From a virus, in IMG/VR virus record IMGVR_UViG_3300037311_000293: DNA of 64,000 nucleotides, one strand, 5' to 3'. This document shows positions 47,301 to 56,634 of this stretch, in pieces. Made by a program: the position numbers and the translations under genes. Under the pieces are notes generated by a model, which made no database searches, was not told the DNA's origin, and saw only the letters and a program-made list of their open reading frames with translations. The stretch's first letter is position 1. Every line of letters starts with the position of its first letter.

Positions 47301-48177
47301 TGTCGTCCCTCGAAAGATTGATCAGTTTGTCTGCGATCGATTGTTCTGCACGAGCCAAACCGGCAAGTTGAATGTGGTCGCGATACAGAATGACCTGTTG
47401 CAGTAGTATCGCTTGCTCCACCGCAGAGACCGCTTCTTGATACTTGATGTCCGCGAGCCCGAGTACCAGGTTCACGACCTCGAAGGGGTCCACTGCGGTG
47501 TCGCCCTCTTGAGCTCTGCGCCGCATTGCCTCCACGACGCTTGCTACAAGCCTGTTCTCACTTGTACGGCTCTGAGCCTTGGCGGCCCGAATAGCATCCA
47601 AGCGGTCGTAGGACAGGTTGACGCCCTCGACGAAGTACAGGGCGAAGACCTCGTTGATGAAGTCGTCGAGTACGATCCCGGAGCGTCGAAGCCTGTGGAC
47701 CTCAGTCGCGGTGAACCCGCAGTTGTAGCAAGTGACGTAGTACTCGCGCTCTTCCTTGAACTTGATGTACGCAGTACGGATCTCTTCCGCGCGTTCGAGA
47801 GTGATACCGCTGATCGCAGCAAGACGTACCGGCTCGAACTCGATGACATCCCAGAGCTCCTCACCGAAGGTCTCCACGAGAGCCTTCACGCGCTGCGGCC
47901 CGATCTGGGGAAGTCGATCGATCATCCACTTCTCGTTGGCCGCGTTGCCCGTGGGTGCACTTCTGATCACCGTAGATACAGCGAACTGCCGCCCATACTT
48001 CGGGTGCTCTTTCCATTGACCCGTGAGATCGACGACATCGCCTACGCGAAACTCTTCAAGATGACCGCTGATTTGGTAGAACCGCGGACCGCTCTGAAGC
48101 GTGCCGTATTTCCACCCATCCCACGACTTGCTCGAAAGCGCGGTGATCTCACCGCTCAGCCCTACGATTACGCTCAT
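47239..48177 (-). CDS. RecD2 N-terminal OB/HhH domain protein
   Basis: G.V..L.GQW..HPKYG.QF; LP.IGP; L..ISGI....A..I; E..IA..L. Confidence 0.75.
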   Translation of the reverse strand: MSVIVGLSGEITALSSKSWDGWKYGTLQSGPRFYQISGHLEEFRVGDVVDLTGQWKEHPKYGRQFAVSTVIRSAPTGNAANEKWMIDRLPQIGPQRVKALVETFGEELWDVIEFEPVRLAAISGITLERAEEIRTAYIKFKEEREYYVTCYNCGFTATEVHRLRRSGIVLDDFINEVFALYFVEGVNLSYDRLDAIRAAKAQSRTSENRLVASVVEAMRRRAQEGDTAVDPFEVVNLVLGLADIKYQEAVSAVEQAILLQQVILYRDHIQLAGLARAEQSIADKLINLSRDDNDDRTGSDARDSSSDVGEQS

Positions 48178-48428
48178 CCAGCAACTCCCTGAGTTTCGCA
48201 GGAGGACTGACCTCGTATCCCGGCGGATCGGCCAGAAAGGGTACCCACTCCTGTACGTCGAACACGAAAAAGATCACCCATACCTCGGAGGTGTGGCGAT
48301 CTACATAACATCCGATGTCAGAGCCCGACAGCATGAACCCTGATCCATCAGCCGCCGTGAACCGTGCATCGTTCCCTTCTCTGATCACCGTACCATACCC
48401 AAACAGCGGGCAGTATGTGATACAGGGA

Positions 48429-48707
48429 TCAGAAAGGGATGTCATCTGACCCGAAATCATCTTCGGGGAAGTCGACCCCACGAGGCTGTGGTCTTCGTCC
48501 TTTTGTATCAGACCGCTTCCCAGTCCCGCGCGGCTTGACCACGAGCTTGGCCGTTTCCGGGAGCCTGGACAGATCCAGAAGCGGATTGAGGTGCAGCACC
48601 AACCCGCTGTCGTCCCCGCGCAGGGGCCAGGCAACACCACAGACGTGCCATCTGTTGTCGATGACCACGAGAATGTCGTGCGTCGGGGGTACGCGCTCGT
48701 TACTCAT
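48429..48707 (-). CDS. small protein with SSB-type acidic tail (DDIPF)
   Basis: Start MSNERV; W...GVAW...G..L.L.P core; ends DDFGSDDIPF. Confidence 0.55.
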   Translation of the reverse strand: MSNERVPPTHDILVVIDNRWHVCGVAWPLRGDDSGLVLHLNPLLDLSRLPETAKLVVKPRGTGKRSDTKGRRPQPRGVDFPEDDFGSDDIPF

Positions 48708-48876
48708 CGTGAACCTCGAGACGTCGGTGCATCTTGTTGATCTTCGCACACAGAGCCGGAAAGGCTTTGTTTCTGCGAAGGACACTGGTGTCTCCACCAC
48801 GAGCCAGAGCGTTGAACAGCGCGTTCAGGAGGATGATCTCCTCGTCACTGAACGACGTAGAAAGTCGCTTCTTCAT
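48700..48876 (-). CDS. small hypothetical protein
   Basis: MKKRLSTSFSDEEIILLNALF...; SD GAGG; not in the ORF track (58 aa). Confidence 0.5.
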   Translation of the reverse strand: MKKRLSTSFSDEEIILLNALFNALARGGDTSVLRRNKAFPALCAKINKMHRRLEVHDE

Positions 48877-48894
48877 GTGGCCTCAGTTAGTAAC

Positions 48895-48951
48895 GAGGAT
48901 CCGCGCTTCATTGGAGGAGAGAACGAGAGGAGGTACGAAGCGCGGATCCTC
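48895..48951 (-). ncRNA. candidate small RNA / 5' leader: 15-bp perfect hairpin with a 27-nt loop carrying two anti-SD tracts
   Basis: GAGGATCCGCGCTTC at 48895-48909 and GAAGCGCGGATCCTC at 48937-48951; minus-strand loop GUACCUCCUCUCGUUCUCUCCUCCAAU; directly downstream of the CCTATCAG motif. Confidence 0.5.
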
Positions 48952-48956
48952 AAATA

Positions 48957-48964
48957 CTGATAGG
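48957..48964 (-). promoter_or_regulatory. recurrent motif CCTATCAG
   Basis: TTTTTGCCTATCAG after the thyA terminator. Confidence 0.55.
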
Positions 48965-48970
48965 CAAAAA

Positions 48971-48996
48971 TGAAAGGGATCCGAAGATCCCCTTCA
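48971..48996 (-). terminator. UUCG hairpin terminator after thyA
   Basis: GGGATC-UUCG-GATCCC core plus T-tract. Confidence 0.65.
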
Positions 48997-48997
48997 T

Positions 48998-49849
48998 TCA
49001 CACGGCAACAGGTGCCTTGATGGCTGGGTGGTGATTGTAGTCCACAACCCGCACGTTCTCTGGCCGCACCTTGAACAGATCGGTGGGCCCGTCGATGCGA
49101 AGCGTAGGAGACGGAAAGACCTCACGCCGCAGTTGCTCCAACGCCTGATCGCGGTGGTTGGCGTAGAGATGAACATCCCCGAAGGTGTGGACGAACTCGC
49201 CGACCTCGTATCCAGTGCTCCGTGCAACCAGATGCGTCAGCAACGCATAGCTCGCGATGTTGAAGGGGACGCCGAGGAAGATGTCGGCGCTGCGCTGGTA
49301 CAGGTGGCAGCTCAGCTTCCCGGACTCGACGTAGAACTGGAACAGCGTGTGGCACGGCGGAAGAGCCACCTCGGTCGCTTCCTTTGGGTTCCAGCCGCTC
49401 ACAACAAGACGTCGACTTGTCGGGTTTTTCTTGATCTCGTTCACCACCCACGAGAGCTGGTCGAAGCCATCACTGGCGTACGTACCGTCAGCGAGCTTCG
49501 TGGCCCCGAAGTTGCGCCACTGGTGCCCGTATACCGGACCGAGCTCGCCTTCGGGTCTGCCAAACCGCGCACACTGCTGCTCGGTGGCCCACTCGTCCCA
49601 GATCGTAACACCAGCCTGTTTCAGCGGAGCCACGTTCGTCGATCCGCTGATCATCCAGAACAACTCGTGGACGATCGACTTCACGTGCATCTTCTTCGTG
49701 GTCAGAAGCGGAAAGTTTCTCTCCAGGTTGAACCGAAGCTGCTCACCGAAGAGCCCGTAGGTGCCCACTCCCGTTCGGTCGGAACGCTCTGCTCCTCGAA
49801 GCAAGAGCTTCTCAAGAAGAGTGAGGTACGCCATGTCGTGATACATCAT
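48998..49849 (-). CDS. thyA: thymidylate synthase
   Basis: [68 protein letters not shown]. Confidence 0.97.
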   Translation of the reverse strand: MMYHDMAYLTLLEKLLLRGAERSDRTGVGTYGLFGEQLRFNLERNFPLLTTKKMHVKSIVHELFWMISGSTNVAPLKQAGVTIWDEWATEQQCARFGRPEGELGPVYGHQWRNFGATKLADGTYASDGFDQLSWVVNEIKKNPTSRRLVVSGWNPKEATEVALPPCHTLFQFYVESGKLSCHLYQRSADIFLGVPFNIASYALLTHLVARSTGYEVGEFVHTFGDVHLYANHRDQALEQLRREVFPSPTLRIDGPTDLFKVRPENVRVVDYNHHPAIKAPVAV

Positions 49850-50038
49850 TCCACCACCTTCTGATCCTGAACAAAACGCAAGAGCCCTTCCATCCGTGCG
49901 GCGATTGCCGCCCATGCCGCGGCGTGCCCGATGGCCCATTGATCGTTGTCATCGTGTGCGCCGGCCCGTGTGTCTTTCACCATGGACTTGGCGTGATCGA
50001 CTTCGCGGGCAACCCGCTGTTCGAGAGCCTTGCGTTCG

Positions 50039-50578
50039 TCATGCGTCATCGTCTTGCTCCAACTTGCTTGGTGTGACCGTCGTAGAGCCCTGGTACTTGG
50101 ACTTGCGCGTCGCGGCACCGTAGGGTCGACGAGCCGGTCGATCCATCTTGTGAAGACTGACCTGACACACTCTCATGCCGGGGCGCAAGTACAGAGGCTT
50201 GGAGCCTACGAGGTCGATCTCCAGAGTGATGATGCCCTCGAAGCCGGGATCAATAAACCCCGCGGTGCTGTGTACACGAAGGCCCATGCGCCCCAAGCTG
50301 CTTCGACCATCGACACGACCGACGATATGATGGGGCAGCCTGATGTACTCCATCGTCTCGCCAAGGATGAAGTTGTCGTGTCCCGGCTCGAGCAGCAGTC
50401 CGCTCTCCGGAATCTTCCCACGACCCATCGTAGATGGGTCGATCCACGAATCACCCAGGCGAAGATCGATACTCGCTGGCTGCACCTGCACCAACCGATC
50501 AATGGTCCTGTTGCCCGGATGGCTGACCGGGAACAAGTCTTCGAGGTTCTCTTCGATGAAGAAGTCGGAGTAGATCAT
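50039..50578 (-). CDS. dcd: dCTP deaminase
   Basis: QPASIDLRLG, LGETMEYI.LP, GRSSLGRMGL, TAGFIDPGFEG.ITLE, RVCQ, KYQG. Confidence 0.92.
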   Translation of the reverse strand: MIYSDFFIEENLEDLFPVSHPGNRTIDRLVQVQPASIDLRLGDSWIDPSTMGRGKIPESGLLLEPGHDNFILGETMEYIRLPHHIVGRVDGRSSLGRMGLRVHSTAGFIDPGFEGIITLEIDLVGSKPLYLRPGMRVCQVSLHKMDRPARRPYGAATRKSKYQGSTTVTPSKLEQDDDA

Positions 50579-51072
50579 GCTGTTCCTCTGCTTCCCTGAA
50601 TACCCAGGGGAATGATCGAGGGAAACTTGCATGTCCATCCCTCGAAGATCGTTTGCTCCTCACCCACCTTGACCCACGTCTTGTAACCGTTGAACACGTG
50701 CTCGACGTGGAACAAGAAGACGGTCTCTTCGGTCTCCACCGGCAAGTAGGTAGCGATCACAGCGCCCGGAACCCGAGCCAGGAGCCCTACAGCCTCCAGA
50801 CGCGCGATGTTCGGGGGCTGCATGGCCCGAAGACCCGCTGCCACTGTCTCGAGCCGTTCTGCGCTGTCGATGGTATCGTGTTGGTGCGCGCTCAATGCGT
50901 GTTGCCCGTCTCTGAGCCCTGTGATGAACCCGATGCTTTGGGGACGCAATAGAGCTTCCTGGAGTGCCTTCTCGATGTAGGCCTCCGCAATGTCTGTGAT
51001 CCTGGACCACGTGTAGAAGATGTCCATTGGTTCCTGGTGCAAAAGAGACACCGAAGTGTCTCCTGGGGTCAT
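50575..51072 (-). CDS. hypothetical protein
   Basis: Co-directional with ATGA overlaps. Confidence 0.4.
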   Translation of the reverse strand: MTPGDTSVSLLHQEPMDIFYTWSRITDIAEAYIEKALQEALLRPQSIGFITGLRDGQHALSAHQHDTIDSAERLETVAAGLRAMQPPNIARLEAVGLLARVPGAVIATYLPVETEETVFLFHVEHVFNGYKTWVKVGEEQTIFEGWTCKFPSIIPLGIQGSRGTA

Positions 51073-51482
51073 AGACCGAGCAGCTTTCGAAGAGCGACCC
51101 GAAGATCGTCTTCTTCTTCTGGCTCTGGCTTTCGGATGTAGGGAGCGTACTCGCCCCGATACGGGCGCCGCCTGCCCTGGGCGGCCTCGTCTTCGACGAA
51201 CTGTTTCTGGATCCGCTCGTGTTCATCGAATGCGGCATCGACGAGCTCGTGAAACTCCTCGCGGTTCATCCCGCTCAGAGCCACAGCATTCCGGCGCATG
51301 TCGCCGAAGTACCGGGGCTTGAAGCCCTGGAGCTCACCATCCCGGAAGACCGCCTCCTTCTCGTAGAGCAGGAGATAGACCTCGGGTCCCGCGTCGTCAT
51401 GGGAGACGTAGAGTCTCCCAAATGTAAGATCGCCGACCGGTTTCTCTCCCAGCCAGCGCTTACCCTTTCGCTCCTCGTGCAT
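51069..51482 (-). CDS. hypothetical protein
   Basis: First gene after the CCTATAAG motif; SD GGAGGT. Confidence 0.55.
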   Translation of the reverse strand: MHEERKGKRWLGEKPVGDLTFGRLYVSHDDAGPEVYLLLYEKEAVFRDGELQGFKPRYFGDMRRNAVALSGMNREEFHELVDAAFDEHERIQKQFVEDEAAQGRRRPYRGEYAPYIRKPEPEEEDDLRVALRKLLGL

Positions 51483-51497
51483 TAGCACCTCCAAGAT

Positions 51498-51505
51498 CTT
51501 ATAGG
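51498..51505 (-). promoter_or_regulatory. recurrent motif CCTATAAG
   Basis: Before GGAGGTG and ATG at 51482. Confidence 0.55.
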
Positions 51506-51977
51506 CGTTACGCCTACTGTTTTGTGGTGCTTGAGCCGGCTGGTTTGGGGCCGTTCTTCAAGAGACCGCGAACACCCCACATGTCTTCGAACACGCGGAT
51601 CAACGATACCAAGTAGGATGACACCCGGACGCTAGTCGGCGTCTTACCCTTGTCACCGACCCCGTGTACATGATCTCCCCACCTGCCGTTGACAGCGACA
51701 AAGCCCACGAACGTGGCGAAAGCAGCCGTAGTAGGCTGCATGTCTGTAGGCTTTGGGGCATCTTCTGGAGGATCATGCTTTGATAGCATGACTTGGATGA
51801 GAGCTCGACACGCCTGAAGCCGCTGGCCGTCAGGAAGATCACGTACCAGCAGGCTGAGAGTGCTCGCGCGCTGACGGAACTTCGGGTCCTTCAGTATGGC
51901 TTGTATCACTTGGTAGGCATCACCCATGGTTCCCTGATCTCTCGAGATCAGAAGAAACGACGCCCCAAGATCTTGCA

Positions 51978-52262
51978 TCAGTCCCTCAACTTGATGATGG
52001 GTGTGTGGTGGATGGGCTTCGTGTCGGCTTCGAAGGACAACTTCACGCTGTCCTCTACCTGGACGACTCGAATCTCGAAGTCGAAGAAGCCCTTGCGACG
52101 TCCGTACTCAGCCCAAGCCACACGGCCGGCGGCTTCGTCGAGAGAAGTCATGGCGACGATTAGATCAGCATCCTGCATGGACGCCAAGATGTTGTAGATC
52201 TGCTCCGGAGGATCCGGATTGTAGGTCCACTTGACGAGGTTGTTGATGATCTCTTTGTTCAT
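51978..52262 (-). CDS. hypothetical protein
   Basis: 94 aa. Confidence 0.45.
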   Translation of the reverse strand: MNKEIINNLVKWTYNPDPPEQIYNILASMQDADLIVAMTSLDEAAGRVAWAEYGRRKGFFDFEIRVVQVEDSVKLSFEADTKPIHHTPIIKLRD

Positions 52263-52612
52263 GTGAAGTCGTAGTCACCTAGCAGCGTCCAGCCGACGTT
52301 ACCCTGACGATCAGGCGTAACCATGACAGACACCGGGTTGGTTGCGTTGAGGTTGAGTACTGCATCGACGTCCTCGCGTGTGATGGGACGGTCGAGCTCG
52401 AGCTGGTAGGTAGCGTCCGTGGGCCATGCCACGAACTCGATACGCCGAGGCGCCTGACCCCCGATGTCCTGCCATCGGATGAACAGGAAGTAGCGTCGTA
52501 CGCCGTTGTTGTTGTCGATGATGTCCCTGATCCTGCGGACCTCGTCCGTGTTACCGGCCAAGGCCGCCGTGATCAAAGCATCGTACTGCGTGCGCTCAAG
52601 AGTGATGGGCAT
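52259..52612 (-). CDS. hypothetical, possibly virion, protein
   Basis: 117 aa; preceded by TATGAT-N6-ATG without SD. Confidence 0.5.
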   Translation of the reverse strand: MPITLERTQYDALITAALAGNTDEVRRIRDIIDNNNGVRRYFLFIRWQDIGGQAPRRIEFVAWPTDATYQLELDRPITREDVDAVLNLNATNPVSVMVTPDRQGNVGWTLLGDYDFT

Positions 52613-52619
52613 AGGCCCA

Positions 52620-53084
52620 TCATACCGAAAACCGCAGAATCAGACCCGAACGGATGCAGGAGTCGACGTAGTGGATCTCCTTGGTCGCGTTCGCCTCGGT
52701 GTCCGACCCGTGAACAGCATTTCGCATCACCGGACCCTTGTGGTCGCCAAAGGTACAGCGAAGTGTGTGCATCGGAGCCTTCTTCGGGTCCGTGGGCCCG
52801 ATGAGGGCGCGCCAACGCGACACCGCATCGCGCCCGGACAGCACCACCGAGAAGATCATCCCCGACGACATGAAGTCGACGAGGTCTGGGAAGAAGTCGC
52901 GATCTGCGAGATCGATGTAGAACCCCTCGACCGCCGATCGTGTCCATTGCGCGGCATGGACAGCCTTGATGTCGAACTGGGAGCTCATGACACCCAGAAT
53001 GGTGGGAGCGTACCCGCTTTCGACGGCATCCGGTTTGATCAGCGCGAGAGTACGCTCGATCTTTACAGCGGCAGTGATATCCAT
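52620..53084 (-). CDS. ndk: nucleoside diphosphate kinase
   Basis: ERTLALIKPDAV, FF.DLVDFMSSG, WRALIGPTDP.KA, RNAVHGSD. Confidence 0.95.
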   Translation of the reverse strand: MDITAAVKIERTLALIKPDAVESGYAPTILGVMSSQFDIKAVHAAQWTRSAVEGFYIDLADRDFFPDLVDFMSSGMIFSVVLSGRDAVSRWRALIGPTDPKKAPMHTLRCTFGDHKGPVMRNAVHGSDTEANATKEIHYVDSCIRSGLILRFSV

Positions 53085-53101
53085 GTCTGTCTCCAAAAGA
53101 A

Positions 53102-53127
53102 AAGGCACGCAGTCTCCCGCGTGCCTT
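53102..53127 (-). terminator. rho-independent terminator
   Basis: AAGGCACGC/GCGTGCCTT stem plus T-tract. Confidence 0.7.
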
Positions 53128-53145
53128 ACTTGTTGTCGTCGTCGG

Positions 53146-53707
53146 TCAGGTGGTCTCGGGCTTGAGGGCTTGGATGTACTTGGCGTAGTACGCGACCTTC
53201 TCGGGCTCGGCGTAGAGATCGATCACTTCCGCGAGGTTGTCGAAGAAGTCCGCGATGCCCTTGCGATTGAGACCCGCCGGCATGTTCTCGATCTCGGCGG
53301 CGTCGAGTGCGGGAAGAGCATACTCGGTGGGGTTGTCGGGCACCGCAGCCGCGATGTCAGCGAGCGTCTCGAGGTAGCGCATCGCATGGGCCGACACGAA
53401 GTACACGATCTGACGCACGTTGTTGCCGACACGCTTGACGAGGTTCGGGATGCCATCGGTGTCGGAGTCGTTGAACTCGACACCAGAGGTGAAGCGGTTG
53501 GACAGGATGCCCGCCACTCGCAGATCGGTCATCGCTAGAGCGGCCTCTTTGTAGCCGTCGTCGCTTCCGGAAACCCCGAGGGCTTCCCGCATCTCGGCGA
53601 ACGTGAAGCCGACCGGGCTCTTTCCTTCGTCGACTTGCGCCAAGAACTTCTCGACCACCAGACGCTTCCAGTTCGGCGCCTCCGCCTTCTTCTTCTTCGA
53701 TGCCATG
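53146..53707 (-). CDS. hypothetical protein
   Basis: Start MASKKKK after GAGG; frame stays open further upstream. Confidence 0.5.
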
Positions 53708-53924
53708 ATCCAATCCTCTCTGTATGCCTTCAAGAAGGCCTTCTCCCCGATGGGGGTCAGGCACCACTTCTTACGGAACGGAACGAACCACGCCGACGAC
53801 CCTAGTGCCGCCTCGATCTGTAGCGGGTCCGTGCCGCTTGGTAATACACCCAAGACGCTGTGTGTATCTACCGCCTTCTCGGGGTCGCGGAAAGCAAGCG
53901 TTGCCGCCGCGACAAGCCACCTCT

Positions 53925-54230
53925 TCACTCCTCGGTCACCCCGTACTTGCGTGCGTCTTCGACACTCCCGAGACGCAGCGGATTCTTGTCTCCAACGATG
54001 TAGTAGTGCTCGGCCTCGCACTCCGCGCAGAAGATCGGACCACGAAGAGGCTGGTCCGGTCCTTGTTCGTGCCCACCGATCTTGTCCCACGAGTTCTTGG
54101 CGTCGGCTTGCCCGACCTTGAGACCACCGAGCTTGATGGTGCCATTGCGATCCGCAAGAGGAACCATCTTCGTGATCACGACCTTGCACAACAGCGCTGC
54201 GGAACCGCAGCTCAAGCACTTCTTCTTCAT
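53925..54230 (-). CDS. Zn-binding hypothetical protein
   Basis: CLSCG...CAEC. Confidence 0.5.
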   Translation of the reverse strand: MKKKCLSCGSAALLCKVVITKMVPLADRNGTIKLGGLKVGQADAKNSWDKIGGHEQGPDQPLRGPIFCAECEAEHYYIVGDKNPLRLGSVEDARKYGVTEE

Positions 54231-54260
54231 GTCTCGCGCCACAAACACCTCCTTCAACAA

Positions 54261-54288
54261 CTGATACGCGATCTGATGCTCCTATAAG
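54261..54288. promoter_or_regulatory. back-to-back divergent motif copies (CGTATCAG on minus, CCTATAAG on plus)
   Basis: Each is followed by GGAGGTG and a start codon in its own direction. Confidence 0.55.
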
Positions 54289-54302
54289 CACGTGGAGGTG
54301 CT

Positions 54303-54965
54303 ATGTACGAGCTACCCATCCACATCCTCGATCAACGAAGCATGACACAAGCCGACGAAGAGATCTTGTCGGCGATGACTGAGTACCCGCCGGCAACCAA
54401 CCTGAAGAAAGGCGACCTCGTCTATCTGACCGAAACCACCCCCTACACCCGCATCAGCCGTATCGGTGTTCCTCGCCTCTGGCAAGTGCGTCTCGTGATT
54501 TCGGCCTGGACGTTCGAGCTCCACCGAATCGCTCAGGACCCATACCACAAACCCGCAGGGATCGACTACGCCATCGGCGTGCTCGAAGCACAGAACTTCC
54601 CGCGCAGCAAATGGCGCAAGCCCATCGTCTACGCCCACGGCTATCCCCACGGCAACTGGCCAGACACCGCATCGTGGTTTCCGGAACGCGTGCTGCGGAA
54701 GATCACCTTCCGAGAAGCCACCCAGCCGTGGGAACGAATCCTCGACGAAGCTCAAGCGCCGTTCCGTGGATACGACGCCTCTCAGCTCGTCGTTCCCTAC
54801 ACCTTCGACCTGGCGCCCGACATGTACAGCGCGGGCGAGAACTTGGGCCGCCCGTTCAGCTTCGAGCAGGACACAGCGCACACCATCGCGCTTCTCGGTG
54901 GCGAAGAGATCCTGTTCCGCCCGCTGAAGAAAGAGCTCGACCGTGAGCACGATATCTTCCGGTGA
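54303..54965 (+). CDS. hypothetical protein
   Basis: 220 aa; SD GGAGGT. Confidence 0.55.
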   Translation: MYELPIHILDQRSMTQADEEILSAMTEYPPATNLKKGDLVYLTETTPYTRISRIGVPRLWQVRLVISAWTFELHRIAQDPYHKPAGIDYAIGVLEAQNFPRSKWRKPIVYAHGYPHGNWPDTASWFPERVLRKITFREATQPWERILDEAQAPFRGYDASQLVVPYTFDLAPDMYSAGENLGRPFSFEQDTAHTIALLGGEEILFRPLKKELDREHDIFR

Positions 54966-55206
54966 AATCGATCCCGAAGTGCTGGAGATCATGAGGTCAC
55001 GGCACAGCGAAGGAAAGAAGTGGGCTGCGTATCGTAACAGCGATCTCAGCAGCCCGAACGCGGGTCATCTGACGTTTCTCCAGGTCGGCGAAGGCTGTAC
55101 GTATCCTACGGCCCCGCCAAAACACCCCGACACCCCGTCGCTCATCGGCTGGCGCTATCTCCTGATCGGATTCGTAGAGCTCGAGTCCGGAGACATCGTG
55201 GAGTAG
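54943..55206 (+). CDS. hypothetical protein
   Basis: 87 aa; ends at the terminator. Confidence 0.45.
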   Translation: MSTISSGEIDPEVLEIMRSRHSEGKKWAAYRNSDLSSPNAGHLTFLQVGEGCTYPTAPPKHPDTPSLIGWRYLLIGFVELESGDIVE

Positions 55207-55208
55207 CG

Positions 55209-55231
55209 AAGAAGAGGCCAGGCCTCTTCTT
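55209..55231. terminator. bidirectional terminator
   Basis: AAGAAGAGGCC-a-GGCCTCTTCTT between convergent genes. Confidence 0.7.
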
Positions 55232-55235
55232 TTGC

Positions 55236-55811
55236 CTACTTCAGCCACTGCTCGCTGTACTTGGTGTAGGTCAGCTCTACGGGGCGCGTCCCCATCAAGG
55301 CGGGCATGAGCTGCACCAGCAGGTTGGTGTCGTATTCGGCGTTATGAGTACCGCTGAGATCGTAGTCGAAACCGAGAGCACCAGCGATCTCGACCAGCTT
55401 GTGTCCCCTACGCGTACTCAGTATGGGGTGCTTCTTCTTTGCGAAGTCCATCGTGCACAGCGTAGGAATGCCGCGAGGCCATTCGTCACGTGGGATCGAG
55501 TAACTCAGCATCCGAGTGTCGAAGGACATGTTGTGTGCGACCCACGGCGCATCGAGACGAAGGAACTCGAGAACTTGCCCCTTGATGTCTTCGAAGCGTG
55601 GTGCGTCCTTCAACATATACTCACTGATCCCATGCACGGCCTCCGCACCGGGCTCGATGGAGACCCCTGGATTGATGAGGCTGTGGAACTTCTTGAGGAC
55701 ACGAGAGCCCTGAGCCAGGACGATACAGATCTCACAGATCCTGTCCTCCTTGCTGAAGCCAGTCGTTTCGGTGTCGAAGGCGACGTAGTACGCGTTGTCC
55801 CAGGTTTCCAT
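55236..55811 (-). CDS. DnaQ/epsilon-like DEDDh exonuclease
   Basis: VAFDTETTG, ICEI, VHGIS, VAHNMSFD, CTM, HNAEYD. Confidence 0.88.
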   Translation of the reverse strand: METWDNAYYVAFDTETTGFSKEDRICEICIVLAQGSRVLKKFHSLINPGVSIEPGAEAVHGISEYMLKDAPRFEDIKGQVLEFLRLDAPWVAHNMSFDTRMLSYSIPRDEWPRGIPTLCTMDFAKKKHPILSTRRGHKLVEIAGALGFDYDLSGTHNAEYDTNLLVQLMPALMGTRPVELTYTKYSEQWLK

Positions 55812-56407
55812 TACGTATCTCCGTGAACCCTTTTGTGGTGGGCGTCGTTGGGGTCGTCGAAGACCCGAAGCATCTGAAGGGCCCCGGAGCGGCACAGCCC
55901 TTCTACGCGTTCGACGGGAATCACCAGTGTCGCGCCTCCAGGATCGGATGTCGAGGCCTCCAGTAGAAGATCACGAAGCGCCATGGCGGTCAGTGACAAC
56001 CGATGATTCAGCTCTTCGGGATCAAACCTCGACAGTTTCTCCTTGTCCCGGATCGGAGGAGAAAACGAAGCCAGCCATTGCTTCGCCATCTCAGCGATGA
56101 GCTCGAGGGGCCTTGCGTATCCCTTGGCGAGTAGGACGCCGCCGTTGTCGTGGTAGTTCTTGACTGCCTCTTTGATGGCGGCTTCGGTGGTCTCCAACAG
56201 CTTATCCCGGATACCAGTGTTGTGAGGGATCCTTTGGTCCTGCATTCCTGTGCTCAGCAGAACTGCCGCTACGGCTTCGACAGCCGGCTGGATCCTACCG
56301 GCTTCGCATTGCTGACGAACTACGCCTTGTCCCTTGGCGGTCATCAACCCCTGGGCCTTCAGGACACCCAGTAGCGTCGACACCAAGTAAGCATCACCCA
56401 TGACCAC
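55811..56407 (-). CDS. hypothetical protein
   Basis: 198 aa; begins at the strand-switch region. Confidence 0.5.
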   Translation of the reverse strand: MVMGDAYLVSTLLGVLKAQGLMTAKGQGVVRQQCEAGRIQPAVEAVAAVLLSTGMQDQRIPHNTGIRDKLLETTEAAIKEAVKNYHDNGGVLLAKGYARPLELIAEMAKQWLASFSPPIRDKEKLSRFDPEELNHRLSLTAMALRDLLLEASTSDPGGATLVIPVERVEGLCRSGALQMLRVFDDPNDAHHKRVHGDT

Positions 56408-56426
56408 CCGCCTTCCTTCGTTTTCT

Positions 56427-56634
56427 CTCTATACTCTATACTATTTGGATCGTCCAGGGTATTGTTGTGCTCTGATTGTCTTCTTGTTCCTAAACATGTG
56501 TAATATTGAGTATAGAATATAGAGACTTCTACAGATAGAACTTCTCTATACACTATACTGAACGATCAAAGAACACTGGACGGCAGGTATAAGACGGTGT
56601 ACCACTGCTTGCCAGAAAAGTATAGAGTATAGAG
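56427..56634. repeat. four copies of the 16-mer AGTATAGAGTATAGAG in alternating orientation (nested inverted repeats)
   Basis: Reverse copy 56427-56442 (perfect), forward 56509-56524 (1 mismatch), reverse 56544-56559 (1 mismatch), forward 56619-56634 (perfect); AT-rich intergenic DNA. Confidence 0.85.

Noticed and set aside
48998-49849. Possible intron or intein in thyA, ligase or helicase
   Set aside because: All motifs are contiguous with normal spacing.
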